64,000 bases of DNA from Verrucomicrobiota bacterium (GTDB lineage: Bacteria > Verrucomicrobiota > Verrucomicrobiia > Opitutales > Seribacteraceae): positions 128,001 to 192,000 of the forward strand of contig JAQBYT010000003.1 in the NCBI GenBank assembly GCA_027622665.1, in the 5' to 3' direction. This document shows, piece by piece, positions 1 through 10,199 of this stretch. Under the pieces are notes generated by a model. The model worked only from the letters and a program-made list of their open reading frames with translations, was not told where the DNA came from and did no database searches. Position 1 is the stretch's first letter. Every line of letters begins with the position of its first letter. Made by a program: the position numbers and the translations under genes.

Positions 1-723
1 AAATCGATTCTGAAAAATGAGATCAAATATCTCTTCTCGGACAGGTGCGGGAGGAAAGTCAAGCTCAGGCAACAATGCCGTGGCCTTTTCCTTAAGCTCT
101 ACAAGATCGAGCCCATACAGAGAATTGAACTCGAGAACCTCTCCCTCACCACCGATACATTCTTCGACCAAGGCGTCGATTGCATCGAAATCAGCAAGCG
201 CTTCGCACTCTTGCAAAGTGCCGAGTTCCAGAGGGTGACGCTCTTCCGGATCAGAAAGAGAAGTCCTACGCCTGCTATTAGACTTATGCCTTTGCTTTTG
301 ATTTTGGTTAAACTGCTGTGGCTTACCCTTACCGCCTCCCCCTCTTTTCTTGTTCTGCCAATTTTGTTGACGCGGGTTGCGATGCCCATGTCGATTCTTG
401 TCTTTTTGACCACCCTCAGCCGAAGAGTGCTTTCCTTGGTCCGATTCTTCAGCCGCCGGAGGAGGTCCCTTTTCTTCAGTTGGTTCGGAACCATCGGTAC
501 TGAAGAAAACCTGCTGAGACTCTTTTCCTTGGGATGGTTTTTTTTCCGATTCGGAAACGCTTTGGGCAAGAGTCTTCGTTTTTTTCCGTGAAGTTTTTTC
601 CCTTGAACCGACAGCTTCAGTTCCACCAGCAGGGCTCGGACTTTTTTCATTCACTTCATCGACTGAGGACACCTCGTCTTCCTTTATTTTTCCGCGAGAT
701 TTTTTTGATCGTGTAAGCGCCAT
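1..723 (-). CDS. rho: Probable transcription termination factor Rho, 5' part with long low-complexity N-terminal extension (runs off window)
   Basis: Hand translation from ATG at 723 is open for 241 codons to the window edge (MALTRSKKSRGK...RNPRQQNWQNKKRGGGGKGKPQQFNQNQKQR...LYGLDLVELKEKATALL...REEIFDLIFQ). The last segment resembles the Rho N-terminal helical bundle. The coaE-rho order is known in the PVC group (e.g. Chlamydia). The ATPase domain is not visible. Confidence 0.6.
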   Translation of the reverse strand, partial: MALTRSKKSRGKIKEDEVSSVDEVNEKSPSPAGGTEAVGSREKTSRKKTKTLAQSVSESEKKPSQGKESQQVFFSTDGSEPTEEKGPPPAAEESDQGKHSSAEGGQKDKNRHGHRNPRQQNWQNKKRGGGGKGKPQQFNQNQKQRHKSNSRRRTSLSDPEERHPLELGTLQECEALADFDAIDALVEECIGGEGEVLEFNSLYGLDLVELKEKATALLPELDFPPAPVREEIFDLIFQNRF

Positions 724-739
724 GGCATGTTTGGGTATA

Positions 740-1372
740 CTATTGGGAAGAGCTAGAACTAGCAAGTGCGGGAAAAAGAAAATGGCGGCACAACCGCTCG
801 ACCTGCTGCCCCAAATAGGAGGTTTCGCCATCGCCCAGCAAAACAAAGTCGGCCCGACGAGCCTTCAACCCGGTCGGCAATTGAGCATCGAGGCGATTAC
901 GTGCCTCGGTCTGATCTAGACCTCGTTCCAACAAGCGATGCATTTGAGTTTTAGGATTAGAGAAAATAGAGACGACAAAGTCGAATTCGGACTCAAGAGA
1001 ATTCTCGAACAGAAGAGGCAACTCAACAGTTACGAAATTTTCTTCAGAATTAGTTACCGCGTGCAACCACTCGGTGCGTATTAGAGGGTGAAGAAGTTCC
1101 TCAAGCCACCTTCGTTTTAAAGGATTAGAGAATATTAGATGCCCGAGCTGTCCTTTGTCAACAGTTCCCTCTACAGAAAAAACCAGTTCGCCAAACTCCT
1201 TTCGCAATGCGCCCTTCACCCCTTCGTCTTCGCTGAGCAAACGGTGAGTGATGACATCGGTGGAAACGATGCCCGACCCGACCTCTCGAAAGAAATCCAA
1301 GGCCACGGACTTCCCGCAAGCGATTCCGCCAGTCAATCCTACCACCATTTTCTCTGTTTCCTCGCTACTCAT
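740..1372 (-). CDS. coaE: Dephospho-CoA kinase
   Basis: GLTGGIACGKS P-loop, LEELLHPLIR, ELPLLFE, RLDAQLP motifs. Confidence 0.95.
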   Translation of the reverse strand: MSSEETEKMVVGLTGGIACGKSVALDFFREVGSGIVSTDVITHRLLSEDEGVKGALRKEFGELVFSVEGTVDKGQLGHLIFSNPLKRRWLEELLHPLIRTEWLHAVTNSEENFVTVELPLLFENSLESEFDFVVSIFSNPKTQMHRLLERGLDQTEARNRLDAQLPTGLKARRADFVLLGDGETSYLGQQVERLCRHFLFPALASSSSSQ

Positions 1373-1503
1373 TTTACATTTTCTAAAAAAAGGGGAACCG
1401 AACCGAGGGCAACCACGGAAACAGCGGAATTCTCAAACTCGCCAAGAATCCACTTGCCATCCGTGTACTTGTTGACATGTTGCAAATCGCGTTTTTGGGG
1501 CAT

Positions 1504-1590
1504 GGTAGGGTATCCAAGTGGCTAAAGGATGCGGACTGTAAATCCGCCCGCTTCGTGCGTTCGTCGGTTCGAATCCGACCCCTACCACCA
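1504..1590 (+). tRNA. tRNA-Tyr (GTA)
   Basis: Acceptor stem GGTAGGG/CCCTACC, anticodon arm GCGGA-CTGTAAA-TCCGC, long variable arm, T-arm GTCGG-TTCGAAT-CCGAC, encoded A-CCA end. Confidence 0.97.
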
Positions 1591-1638
1591 TTTATACTTT
1601 GCGAAAAGGCAAATTCACGAATAGTAAATTTTACAGAA

Positions 1639-1740
1639 ATGAAACGCATAGGCAAATGGATAGTCATTGTAATTAGCGGATGCATTTTCTTTCTGTACCA
1701 AAAGATGTGTAGCGGTCGGTTTGACGACCTTCCACAATAG
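1639..1740 (+). CDS. Candidate 33-aa small membrane protein
   Basis: MKRIGKWIVIVISGCIFFLYQKMCSGRFDDLPQ: basic N-terminus plus a hydrophobic stretch; stop lies 8 nt before the J-domain gene. Confidence 0.3.
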   Translation: MKRIGKWIVIVISGCIFFLYQKMCSGRFDDLPQ

Positions 1741-1748
1741 ACAACAAG

Positions 1749-2336
1749 ATGCGGATTTCTGCGAACAACATTCTCGTTGGCGGACTTTCTAGCTTCGCAT
1801 TAGCCGTGCTCTTCGCGACCTTTGCGGGCAAGGCCATTCGCGGGGTTTACGAGCAATGGGAAGGTCTCCAAGACCGAGCGACCTTCTGGCAATTCTTCTC
1901 AAGCGGAGGACAACAAAACGACATTCTCGGATTAACGCACAAACTCATCTGGTTGGGACTAATGTTTAGTATGTGGTGGATATTGTGGAAATTCGATATT
2001 TTCTTTCGGCACGATTCAAAAGAGGAAACCAGTGTTGAAGATAAAGGTATTGAAGAACCCTCACATTCCCAAAAACCCGAGGACGAGGATATCGAAGAGG
2101 AAACCGATGAACCTGAAACATCACCGGATCCACAGGAAGATAATTGCGCAAGCGTCTTGGGACTTGTCGATCCCTACGACATGGATGAAGTAAAAAGCGC
2201 CTATCGCACCCTGATAGCCCAGTACCACCCGGACAAAGTGAGCCGTATGGGAGATGAAATCCGAGAGGTGGCGGAACGCAAAGCCAAGGAAATAAACGTA
2301 GCCTACGATTTTTTCCGACGCAAGTACGACCTTTAA
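1749..2336 (+). CDS. Membrane-anchored protein with C-terminal J domain (DjlA-like co-chaperone)
   Basis: Two hydrophobic segments, acidic linker, C-terminal VKSAYRTLIAQYHPDKV...KAKEINVAY. Confidence 0.88.
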   Translation: MRISANNILVGGLSSFALAVLFATFAGKAIRGVYEQWEGLQDRATFWQFFSSGGQQNDILGLTHKLIWLGLMFSMWWILWKFDIFFRHDSKEETSVEDKGIEEPSHSQKPEDEDIEEETDEPETSPDPQEDNCASVLGLVDPYDMDEVKSAYRTLIAQYHPDKVSRMGDEIREVAERKAKEINVAYDFFRRKYDL

Positions 2337-2437
2337 GAAAACTTACGATAACCTACCAGACGCTCTCGCCGATTCCGGCTTGCCACACTATGGTTACGTC
2401 TTATTTTCCATTGCCTCCTAATGTTCCCTATAAAAAA

Positions 2438-4294
2438 ATGAGTAAACAAGCTGCCACACACCAGTTCCAAGCAGAGGTCAATCAGGTCCTCGATATAGTA
2501 GTCAACTCTCTCTATAAAGATAAGGAAATTTTCATTCGTGAACTAGTTTCCAACGCATCGGATGCTTTAGAGAAACTGCGTCGAACCCAAATCACCGAGA
2601 AGAAGATCTTCGACGATCATTTGGAATTGGAAATCAATGTTACGACTGACGACGAAGCGGGCATCATTACGATTCAGGACTTTGGCCTTGGAATGACGGC
2701 TGAAGAGTTGACCGATAATCTGGGAACCATCGCTCACTCGGGTTCCAAAGAATTCATCGAGGCACTAAAGGGCGATGGCGAAAAGAACGAAGCTTTGATC
2801 GGGAAGTTTGGCGTGGGTTTCTATAGCGTCTTCATGGTAGCCGACAACGTAAAGGTATACTCCCGCTCATGGGAACCCGACGCCGAAGGTCAATGCTGGG
2901 AAAGTGATGGCTCAGGATCCTACACTATTGAACCCGTGGACGGTCAACGACGCGGAGCCAAGGTCGTCATCAAACTGAAGGACGAACACAAGGATTTCGC
3001 TAAAGCCGATCGAGTTAAGGAAATAATCAAGAAGTACTCGGCTTTCGTGCAGTTCCCAATCTCGGTTAACGGTGACAAGGTCAACACTGTCGATGCGTTA
3101 TGGCTTCGTTCAAAAAACGAAATCAAGGACGAGGAATACGAAGAATTCTACAAATTTCAGGCGAATGATTATCAAGCCCCTCTCCTTCGTCTGCACTTCA
3201 GCACCGACGCCCCCCTCGAAATAAATGCTCTGCTTTTTGTCCCTAAACGCAATATGGAGAAGCTCGGCATGTGGCGAAGCGAGGTAAAAGTCGCTCTTCA
3301 TTGCAGGAAAGTTTTGATCGATCCCGAACCCAAGGCGCTCTTCCCGGAATGGCTTCGCTTTATCAGAGGCGTGGTCGACAGTACCGACCTGCCACTAAAT
3401 GTCTCTAGGGAGACCATGCAGGACAGCGAACTTTTGCGAAAGTTGAACCAAGTACTGACCAAACGCTTTCTTCGATTCCTTGCCGAACAGGCCAAGAAAG
3501 AACCGGAAACTTATTTAGAGTTCTGGAAACAATTCGGTCTACTCATTAAAGAAGGGGCCGCGACCGACTTTGCGCACAAAGAAAACCTCGCCAAACTTTT
3601 GCGGTTCGAATCATCCGGTCTCGACTCGGGTGCATTAACGGGTATGGAGGAATATGCATCCCGAATGACTGGTGAACAAAAGGAAATCATCTACCTCTTT
3701 GGCCGCAACCGTGAGGCAATCGAGGCCGGCCCTTACTTAGAAGCATTAACGGCTAGAAATCTAGAAGTCCTCATTCTCACCGAACCCGTCGACGAGTACG
3801 TCATGCAGACTCTGGGAGAGTTCGATGGGAAAAAGCTCGTTTCGGGAGATTCCGAAGATCTGAAACTTGAAAAGCTGGATGATGAACCCGAGGGCAAACG
3901 ATTGAACAAAAAGGATACTAAATCCCTTTGCAAGTGGTTGAAGGAATCGCTTGGCGATCGCGTCTCGGACGTGGAGGAAGGTGAACGCCTTATCGACAGC
4001 CCGGTTTGCGTAGTTGGCGGAGACGCAATGGGAGGACCCTCCGCGCGCCGCATGATGAAGATGATGCAGGGTGCCGATTCCAATCTTCCCGCTCCTGCCG
4101 TTAAGCTACAAATCAATCTTCGCCATTCCATCATTCGCGGACTTTCGCAACTTCGAGAAACAAACGCCGACACGGCATCTCTCGTAGCTCACCAACTTCT
4201 GGACAACGCGCTCGCCTCCGCTGATCTCCTCGAAGACCCTCGAGAGATGATTGCCCGAAGCTTTAAAGCCTTGGAAAAACTGACCGCCACTTAA
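2438..4294 (+). CDS. htpG: Molecular chaperone HtpG (Hsp90)
   Basis: FQAEV, IFIRELVSNASDAL, DFGLGMT, GKFGVGFYS, DLPLNVSRE; start placed at MSKQ (2438) rather than 2390. Confidence 0.98.
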   Translation: MSKQAATHQFQAEVNQVLDIVVNSLYKDKEIFIRELVSNASDALEKLRRTQITEKKIFDDHLELEINVTTDDEAGIITIQDFGLGMTAEELTDNLGTIAHSGSKEFIEALKGDGEKNEALIGKFGVGFYSVFMVADNVKVYSRSWEPDAEGQCWESDGSGSYTIEPVDGQRRGAKVVIKLKDEHKDFAKADRVKEIIKKYSAFVQFPISVNGDKVNTVDALWLRSKNEIKDEEYEEFYKFQANDYQAPLLRLHFSTDAPLEINALLFVPKRNMEKLGMWRSEVKVALHCRKVLIDPEPKALFPEWLRFIRGVVDSTDLPLNVSRETMQDSELLRKLNQVLTKRFLRFLAEQAKKEPETYLEFWKQFGLLIKEGAATDFAHKENLAKLLRFESSGLDSGALTGMEEYASRMTGEQKEIIYLFGRNREAIEAGPYLEALTARNLEVLILTEPVDEYVMQTLGEFDGKKLVSGDSEDLKLEKLDDEPEGKRLNKKDTKSLCKWLKESLGDRVSDVEEGERLIDSPVCVVGGDAMGGPSARRMMKMMQGADSNLPAPAVKLQINLRHSIIRGLSQLRETNADTASLVAHQLLDNALASADLLEDPREMIARSFKALEKLTAT

Positions 4295-4312
4295 AGTTTT
4301 CATCAAGGCCTT

Positions 4313-5686
4313 ATGAAAGCTTCACCTCTGGCGCGCTTATCGTTTGCGATTGCAGCGGTCATCTCCCCAATAGGGGCAAAGAGTCCAAATATCCTGTTCA
4401 TAATGGCCGACGACCTCGGCTGGATGGACTTGGCTTGCCAAGGAAACAAGTTGGTCGAGACCCCCAACCTCGATCGACTGGCCAAGCAGGGCATGCGCTT
4501 CACCGATGCCTACGCCGCCGCTCCCGTATGCTCGCCCACCCGCTGCGCAGTGCTGACCGGGCAGGCTCCTGCCCGAATCGGTTTGACCACCCACCTGCCG
4601 GGACTCTTCTTTCCCAAGGACGGGCGTCCCCAACCGGCCAAGCTGACCCCCCAACTGGACACGGGACACATTACCATTGCAGAGAGAATGAAGGAAGCTG
4701 GCTATGCATCTGCCTTCCTTGGCAAATGGCACATAGCCCCAAGCTCGGGCAAGGGTGGAAAAGTAGCTAAGGAAGTCTCCCCGATCGGTCAAGGATTCGA
4801 CTTGAACGTCGGAGGAACCTCATACGGCGGACCGCCCAGTTTCTTTTCCCCCTACCGGAATGCCGAGCTACCTGACGGGCCCGAGGGGGAATACCTCCCC
4901 GACCGGTTGGTCGACGAAACCATTCGATTCGCCGAGGCGAACAAGAACAGGCCCTGGATGGCTCACTTGTGGTTCTACACCGTGCACTGGCCTATGCAAG
5001 CGCCAGTGGGATTACTCCGGAAATATGCCGACCGCAAGGGACCGGGACTCAACGACACCCGCTACGGTGCGATGATCGAAGCAATGGATCTGGCCATCGG
5101 TCGGCTGCTCAAGGCCTTGGAGGAGATGAACGCTGACAAGGACACGCTGGTGATCTTCACGAGCGACAACGGCGGATTCGCCGGGGTATCCGACTGCCGG
5201 CCCCTGCGAGAATCGAAGGGCCACCTCTACGAGGGAGGCATCCGAGTTCCCCTGATCGTCCGCTGGCCGGAGAATGTACGGGCAGGCGCCCTTTGCAAGG
5301 AACCCGTGATAAGCATGGATTTCTACCCTACCTTCCTAGAGCTCGCAGGGCTGAAAGCTGGGGAGAAGGCCTTGGACGGGGAAAGCCTCCTTCCACTCCT
5401 CAGCCAAACAGGCAAGCTCAAGCGCAAGGCGATTTACTTTCATTATCCCAACTATGCCTGGCACATGGGCAATCGCCTCGCAGGCGCCATCCGGGAAGGG
5501 AAGTGGAAAATGATCCGCAACTACGACGATGGCTCCCTTGAGCTTTATGACCTGGGAAAGGACTTGAGCGAAAAAAGAAACCTCGCAAAGGAAAGCCCTA
5601 AGGTCTCACAGCGCCTGAACCGAAAACTTTCCCAATGGCTCAAGGAAACGAATGCCCCCATGCCCACCGTACAGTCTGTTCCCTAA
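4313..5686 (+). CDS. Secreted formylglycine-dependent sulfatase (S1 family)
   Basis: Signal peptide, PNILFIMADDLG, CSPTR, GKWH, SDNGG, YEGGIRVP. Confidence 0.95.
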   Translation: MKASPLARLSFAIAAVISPIGAKSPNILFIMADDLGWMDLACQGNKLVETPNLDRLAKQGMRFTDAYAAAPVCSPTRCAVLTGQAPARIGLTTHLPGLFFPKDGRPQPAKLTPQLDTGHITIAERMKEAGYASAFLGKWHIAPSSGKGGKVAKEVSPIGQGFDLNVGGTSYGGPPSFFSPYRNAELPDGPEGEYLPDRLVDETIRFAEANKNRPWMAHLWFYTVHWPMQAPVGLLRKYADRKGPGLNDTRYGAMIEAMDLAIGRLLKALEEMNADKDTLVIFTSDNGGFAGVSDCRPLRESKGHLYEGGIRVPLIVRWPENVRAGALCKEPVISMDFYPTFLELAGLKAGEKALDGESLLPLLSQTGKLKRKAIYFHYPNYAWHMGNRLAGAIREGKWKMIRNYDDGSLELYDLGKDLSEKRNLAKESPKVSQRLNRKLSQWLKETNAPMPTVQSVP

Positions 5687-5687
5687 G

Positions 5688-8600
5688 ATGTATCGCAACT
5701 TTCTTTCTCTTTGTTCCCTGCTTTGCCTAGCCATTTCCGACCTTCTCTGCGCCGAGGTAGTAGAGGTCACCGCCTCCGGCTTTCAGCCAGGGAACGAGCC
5801 CGCCCATGCGATCGATGGGAATCCCAATTCGAGGTGGTCAGCCGAAGGCAAGGGTCAGTGGCTACAGCTCAAGCTAGACAAGGAGACCGTTTTCACCGCC
5901 TTCGAGGCAGGATTCGCCCGTGGCACCCGCCGGTACGAGTTTTCGATTCATACCTCTCAGGACGGAAAGAAGTGGAAAGAATCGTACTCAGGCAAAAGCG
6001 CAGGCAAGGGAGATCAAGTGAACAAGTTCGAATCGCCCGCCACCTCCGCCCGCTTCATCCGCTTCGTCTCGCAGGGAAACAACGAGAACATGTGGGTAAA
6101 CCTGCACGCTTTCAAGATTCAGGGAGTCAAGGTCTCGAAGAAACTGGTCAAGCCCTCCACAGCCAAGCTGGTAAAGTCAACCAGTGGGCTTGAGGTTTCC
6201 GTCTGGGCTGAAAACCCCCTTATTGCCAGCCCGGTGGCAATCAGCTTCGACGAACAAGGCAGAGCATATGTCACTCGCGTGCGCCGCCGCAAGGCATCCA
6301 GTCTCGACCTGCGGAATCACCGGGCTTGGGTGAAGCACGACCTTTCCATTCGCAGTTTGGAAGACAAACTGGCCTTCTACCAAAAGGCGATGGGGCCGAA
6401 CGCATATCCGGACATCCGGCCCTACTCACCCCCCGATCGCAACGCAGACGGCAAACGAGATTGGCGAGATCTCGCGGTGCAGACGGAGGAGATTCTCCGA
6501 ATCGAGGATACCAATGGGGACGGCAAGGCCGACAAATCGGTCGTCATCGACAAGGACTTGGCTTCCCCCGTTACGGGTATTGCGGCTGGTGTGCTTTGGT
6601 CCGAAGGAGCGGCCTATGCGACGGTGGAACCGGATGTATGGAAGTACGAGGATTCCGATGATGATGGAACGCCCGACAAGAGAACGCTCATCAGTCGGGG
6701 CTACACTATACACATTGGACAAGGGGGGCACAATGTATCCGGTCTGACCATGGGGCCTGACGGGCGAATCTATTGGTCGGTCGCGGACAAGGGAATCAAT
6801 GCCACTGGCAAGAACGGTGAACATTTCTTTTATCCTGATCGCGGGGCCATCATGCGATGCGAACCCGATGGGTCTCGTCTCGAGACCTTTGCTCTTGGCG
6901 TACGTAATGGTCAGGAACCGGTCTTCGACGAATTCGGCAATCTCTTCAGTGTGGACAACGACGGAGACTATCCCGGAGAGCGCGAGCGTTTCATTTACAT
7001 CGTGGAAGGGGGTATGACTGCATGGCGTCTTCATTGGCAATGGCATGGCTACCAAGACTTCGCAAAGATATCCGGCGAGAAACCCTACAACGTATGGATG
7101 CAGGAAGGTTTCTTTCGTCCCCGGTTTCCCGGACAAGCCGCATTCATCATTCCACCGCTTGCAAGCTATTCTAATGGACCTTGTGGTTTCGCTTACAATC
7201 CCGGCACCGCTCTCAACGAAAAATACCGAAACTTCTTCTTTCTCGCACAAGGTCGGAAACTGTCTGCGTTCAAGGTGCGTCCAAAGGGGGCGGCCTTCGA
7301 GATGTTTGATGAACAGACCATTCCCGGGTGTAGTAGCAACACCGGGCTCGCGTTCGGGCCTGACGGAGCCCTCTACGTCACGGACTGGATGAACGGTCCG
7401 AGCGATCGCGGTCGCGTGTGGAAGGTGGATGATCCGAAAGCAGCCGATTCACCGATTCGAAAAAGGGTCCGCGAAATTTTATCGAAAGGCATGAAGAAGC
7501 GGACCATCGACGAACTGAGCGGATTCCTGCGGGAAGATGATTTTCGAATCCGCAAGACCGCTCAGTTCGAACTCGTTCGACGAGGTGATGAGGGTAGAAA
7601 ACATCTCCTCGCCAGCACTCGCCAAACCGAACACAGGTTAGCTCGCCTTCATGGCATTTGGGGCTTGGGGCAAGTGGCCCGTGGTTGGCCCGACAACGCA
7701 AAAGGTGATCCCGAGGCCATCAAGCCTCTCCTCGAACTGCTTGCCGCCGAAGACGAGGAAGTGCGAACCCAAGCCGCGAAGGTGCTCGGTGAGTCCAAGC
7801 ACTTGCCTGCGGCAACGCCGCTGATCGGTCTACTGGAGGACGAATCCATTCGGGTTCGCTTCCACGCCGCCAACGCGTTGGGTAAACTGCAGGATACTCA
7901 AGGCGTTGAGCCACTCTTGGCATTGATTGCGGAAAACAACGACGAAGATGCCTTTCTTCGTCATGCCGCAGTAATGGGTTTGGTGGGCTCAACCAAGTCA
8001 AACGTCAAACCCTTGCTCGATGCCGCTAAAACTTCCGAATCCTCCGTCCGCCTCGCTGCAATCCTCGCTCTTCGCCGCCATGCCCATCCAAGCATAGCGT
8101 TGTTCCTCAAGGACGACGATCTTTACCTCGTGACCGAAGCGGCCCGAGCGATTCACGACGACTTCTCCATCCCCGACGCTTTACCGGCCTTGGCCGAAAT
8201 CCTGGATCGTCCGGATTTGGCGGGTGAACCTCTGCTCAGGCGGGCAATCAATGCAAACTTCAGAGTCGGCCGCTCATCCGACGCCGAGCGTCTGGCCCGC
8301 TATGCCGCCAAGTCAGATGCCCCTGAAAATATGCGAACCACCGCCTTGGCCTGTCTCGCTCTTTGGGCACAACCTCCTGTGCTCGATGCCGTGGAAGGGC
8401 GTTATCGTCAATATCCACCGAGAAATCCGAAGCCGGCCGCAAAAGCCTTGGCCAAGGTGGCGGACGAATTGGTCGCCAATGCATCCGCCAAAGTGTTGAC
8501 AGTGCTTGCTCGAGCCATTGAGCGCCTCAAAGTGGTCGATCTCCTCCCCGTTGTGCATGCAGCCTACGAATCCGAAAAAGCTACCGCTTTTCTACAGGCT

Positions 8601-9407
8601 CAACTTCTGGAAACCATGGCGGAGATGAGCGACCCCGACTTAGGTGAATTTGTGAAGGCAGCCTTGACATCCAAGGATGCCCGCTTGCGGGCGACCGCTC
8701 AGAAGAGATCTTGGGCAGCTGGCTTATCCGGCATCGAGGTATTTGCCAAAGTTCTTCAATCCGGCAGCCTGCCCGAGAAACGTTCCGCCCTCGACAACCT
8801 CGCCCAATCCGCGGACGGCCAAGCGGATGCCTTGCTTGCCAAACAGTTTGCGAAGGTCGACCCCCGGCTCGAGTTGGATCTTCTCGAAGCAGCCCGCACA
8901 GCCAAGGGACCGGTCGCAAGACACAAAGCCAAAGCTCTCGATGAGGCATTAGCCGCCAAAGGCCCATTGGGGCCGTTCTCCCCCACCCTGCGTGGCGGTG
9001 ACTCGGACGAAGGAAGGAAAGTCGCCATGGGACACCCCGCGGCCCAATGCATACGTTGCCACAAGATCGGATCCACAGGCGGAGTGCTGGGGCCGGATCT
9101 TTCCAAGGTAGCTTCTCGCTTGTCGTCCGAGAAGATTCTCGAGTCTCTGGTTAATCCGCAGATCGAGCTGGCCGAGGGGTACGGCTTGCTTGTGGCCACT
9201 TTGAAGGATGGATCCACCGTTGCCGGCTCAATCGTGAAGGCCACCCCAAAGAGCTATTCCTTCCAGTCCCCCGACGGGAAGGAATCAATGCTCGACCGTT
9301 CCCTGATTGCGGAAGAGGTTCTGACCTCTCCCATGCCTCCGACGGGAGTCATTCTCACCAAGGTTGAAATGCGCGACCTCATAGCCTACCTCATCACCCT
9401 TAAATAA
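5688..9407 (+). CDS. PVC-type heme-binding protein: discoidin (F5/8-like) domain, dehydrogenase-like beta-propeller, HEAT repeats, C-terminal cytochrome c
   Basis: Signal peptide; [11 protein letters not shown] (discoidin); DxNxDG loops, GPDGRIY, GVRN, DNDGD (propeller); [12 protein letters not shown] (HEAT); CIRCH...GPDLS...SPMP. Start at MYRN (5688). Confidence 0.88.
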   Translation: MYRNFLSLCSLLCLAISDLLCAEVVEVTASGFQPGNEPAHAIDGNPNSRWSAEGKGQWLQLKLDKETVFTAFEAGFARGTRRYEFSIHTSQDGKKWKESYSGKSAGKGDQVNKFESPATSARFIRFVSQGNNENMWVNLHAFKIQGVKVSKKLVKPSTAKLVKSTSGLEVSVWAENPLIASPVAISFDEQGRAYVTRVRRRKASSLDLRNHRAWVKHDLSIRSLEDKLAFYQKAMGPNAYPDIRPYSPPDRNADGKRDWRDLAVQTEEILRIEDTNGDGKADKSVVIDKDLASPVTGIAAGVLWSEGAAYATVEPDVWKYEDSDDDGTPDKRTLISRGYTIHIGQGGHNVSGLTMGPDGRIYWSVADKGINATGKNGEHFFYPDRGAIMRCEPDGSRLETFALGVRNGQEPVFDEFGNLFSVDNDGDYPGERERFIYIVEGGMTAWRLHWQWHGYQDFAKISGEKPYNVWMQEGFFRPRFPGQAAFIIPPLASYSNGPCGFAYNPGTALNEKYRNFFFLAQGRKLSAFKVRPKGAAFEMFDEQTIPGCSSNTGLAFGPDGALYVTDWMNGPSDRGRVWKVDDPKAADSPIRKRVREILSKGMKKRTIDELSGFLREDDFRIRKTAQFELVRRGDEGRKHLLASTRQTEHRLARLHGIWGLGQVARGWPDNAKGDPEAIKPLLELLAAEDEEVRTQAAKVLGESKHLPAATPLIGLLEDESIRVRFHAANALGKLQDTQGVEPLLALIAENNDEDAFLRHAAVMGLVGSTKSNVKPLLDAAKTSESSVRLAAILALRRHAHPSIALFLKDDDLYLVTEAARAIHDDFSIPDALPALAEILDRPDLAGEPLLRRAINANFRVGRSSDAERLARYAAKSDAPENMRTTALACLALWAQPPVLDAVEGRYRQYPPRNPKPAAKALAKVADELVANASAKVLTVLARAIERLKVVDLLPVVHAAYESEKATAFLQAQLLETMAEMSDPDLGEFVKAALTSKDARLRATAQKRSWAAGLSGIEVFAKVLQSGSLPEKRSALDNLAQSADGQADALLAKQFAKVDPRLELDLLEAARTAKGPVARHKAKALDEALAAKGPLGPFSPTLRGGDSDEGRKVAMGHPAAQCIRCHKIGSTGGVLGPDLSKVASRLSSEKILESLVNPQIELAEGYGLLVATLKDGSTVAGSIVKATPKSYSFQSPDGKESMLDRSLIAEEVLTSPMPPTGVILTKVEMRDLIAYLITLK

Positions 9408-9408
9408 A

Positions 9409-9803
9409 ATGAAAGCCCGCCTCGTTCTCGCCTGTCTTGCCACGGGAGCTCTTTTTGGAAAACCCGAGGGCAAGCCCAATGTCCTTCTGCTCACGATCGA
9501 CGACTTGAATGACTGGGTCGGTTGCCTCGGGGGCCATGCTCAGGCTTCCACCCCCAACCTCGACCGCCTCGCCAAGCGGGGCATGCTCTTTACCAACGCC
9601 CATTGCCAAGCCCCCATCGGCAACCCCTCACGAACAAGCTTCATGCTCGGTCTGCGCCCGGCCGACGCTTGGCCATCGACAAGCAACTCGTGTCCGACAT
9701 CGGCAGCAAATCCCGCCTATGGGACTACGGCACCCAAGCCTACCCCGAGGAAAAGTTCGTTGATCACATCGTGGCAGACCGGGCGATCAAGAGCCTCGGC
9801 TAA
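9409..9803 (+). pseudogene. Sulfatase pseudogene (choline/iduronate sulfatase-like)
   Basis: Signal peptide and [14 protein letters not shown]...TPNLDRLA are intact. The catalytic motif reads APIGNPSR (GGC at 9619-9621 where Cys is expected). The frame breaks near 9660; a later segment (LWDYG...[12 protein letters not shown]) continues in another frame and stops at 9803. Confidence 0.85.
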
Positions 9804-9847
9804 ATAGGTGGGAAAGTGATCAATGAATTGATCGCCTGAAAACCAAA

Positions 9848-10012
9848 ATTCAAAAAACATTCTTCATATCCTTGTTCACTTTGGCTGTTGCAGTTACTGC
9901 CTTCTCCAAGGATCGGCCCAATGTGCTTTTCCACGTATCAGGCGACCACGCCTACAAAGCTGTCGGATTCGATGGATACTGAACCAATCTCAATGAGATT
10001 AAGGATATGTAA
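9848..10012 (+). pseudogene. Eroded N-terminal remnant of a second sulfatase
   Basis: Hand translation from 9848: IQKTFFISLFTLAVAVTAFSKDRPNVLFHVSGDHAYKAVGFDGY* = signal peptide plus degenerate RPNVLFIxSDDH; no ATG, stop at 9980. Confidence 0.55.
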
Positions 10013-10199
10013 TCTTCACTCGAACTTTCCGACATCAGGTAGAAAACGAGACGAAAACGTGGTTAGCGGATTGAGGAGCTAGGAGTCATACTGTCAGACC
10101 TTCTAGCTCACACATTAGAACAATCGACAAGATCCACAGCATTAATCTCAAGCAAAAAAAGAAGTGACGAACCTGAGAAATCGAGAATAAGCTCAAGAG

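Noticed and set aside
99..650. 183-aa minus-strand ORF in the track
   Set aside because: Alternative frame of the longer open frame starting at 723
1560..1590. tRNA-Tyr 3' end as island attachment site
   Set aside because: No duplicated 3' end or integrase seen; core genes follow directly
1383..1685. ORFs spanning the tRNA
   Set aside because: They overlap a complete tRNA-Tyr; spurious
10076..10109. Hairpin GAGCTAGGAG...CTTCTAGCTC
   Set aside because: Single copy, no U tract, no recognisable RNA family
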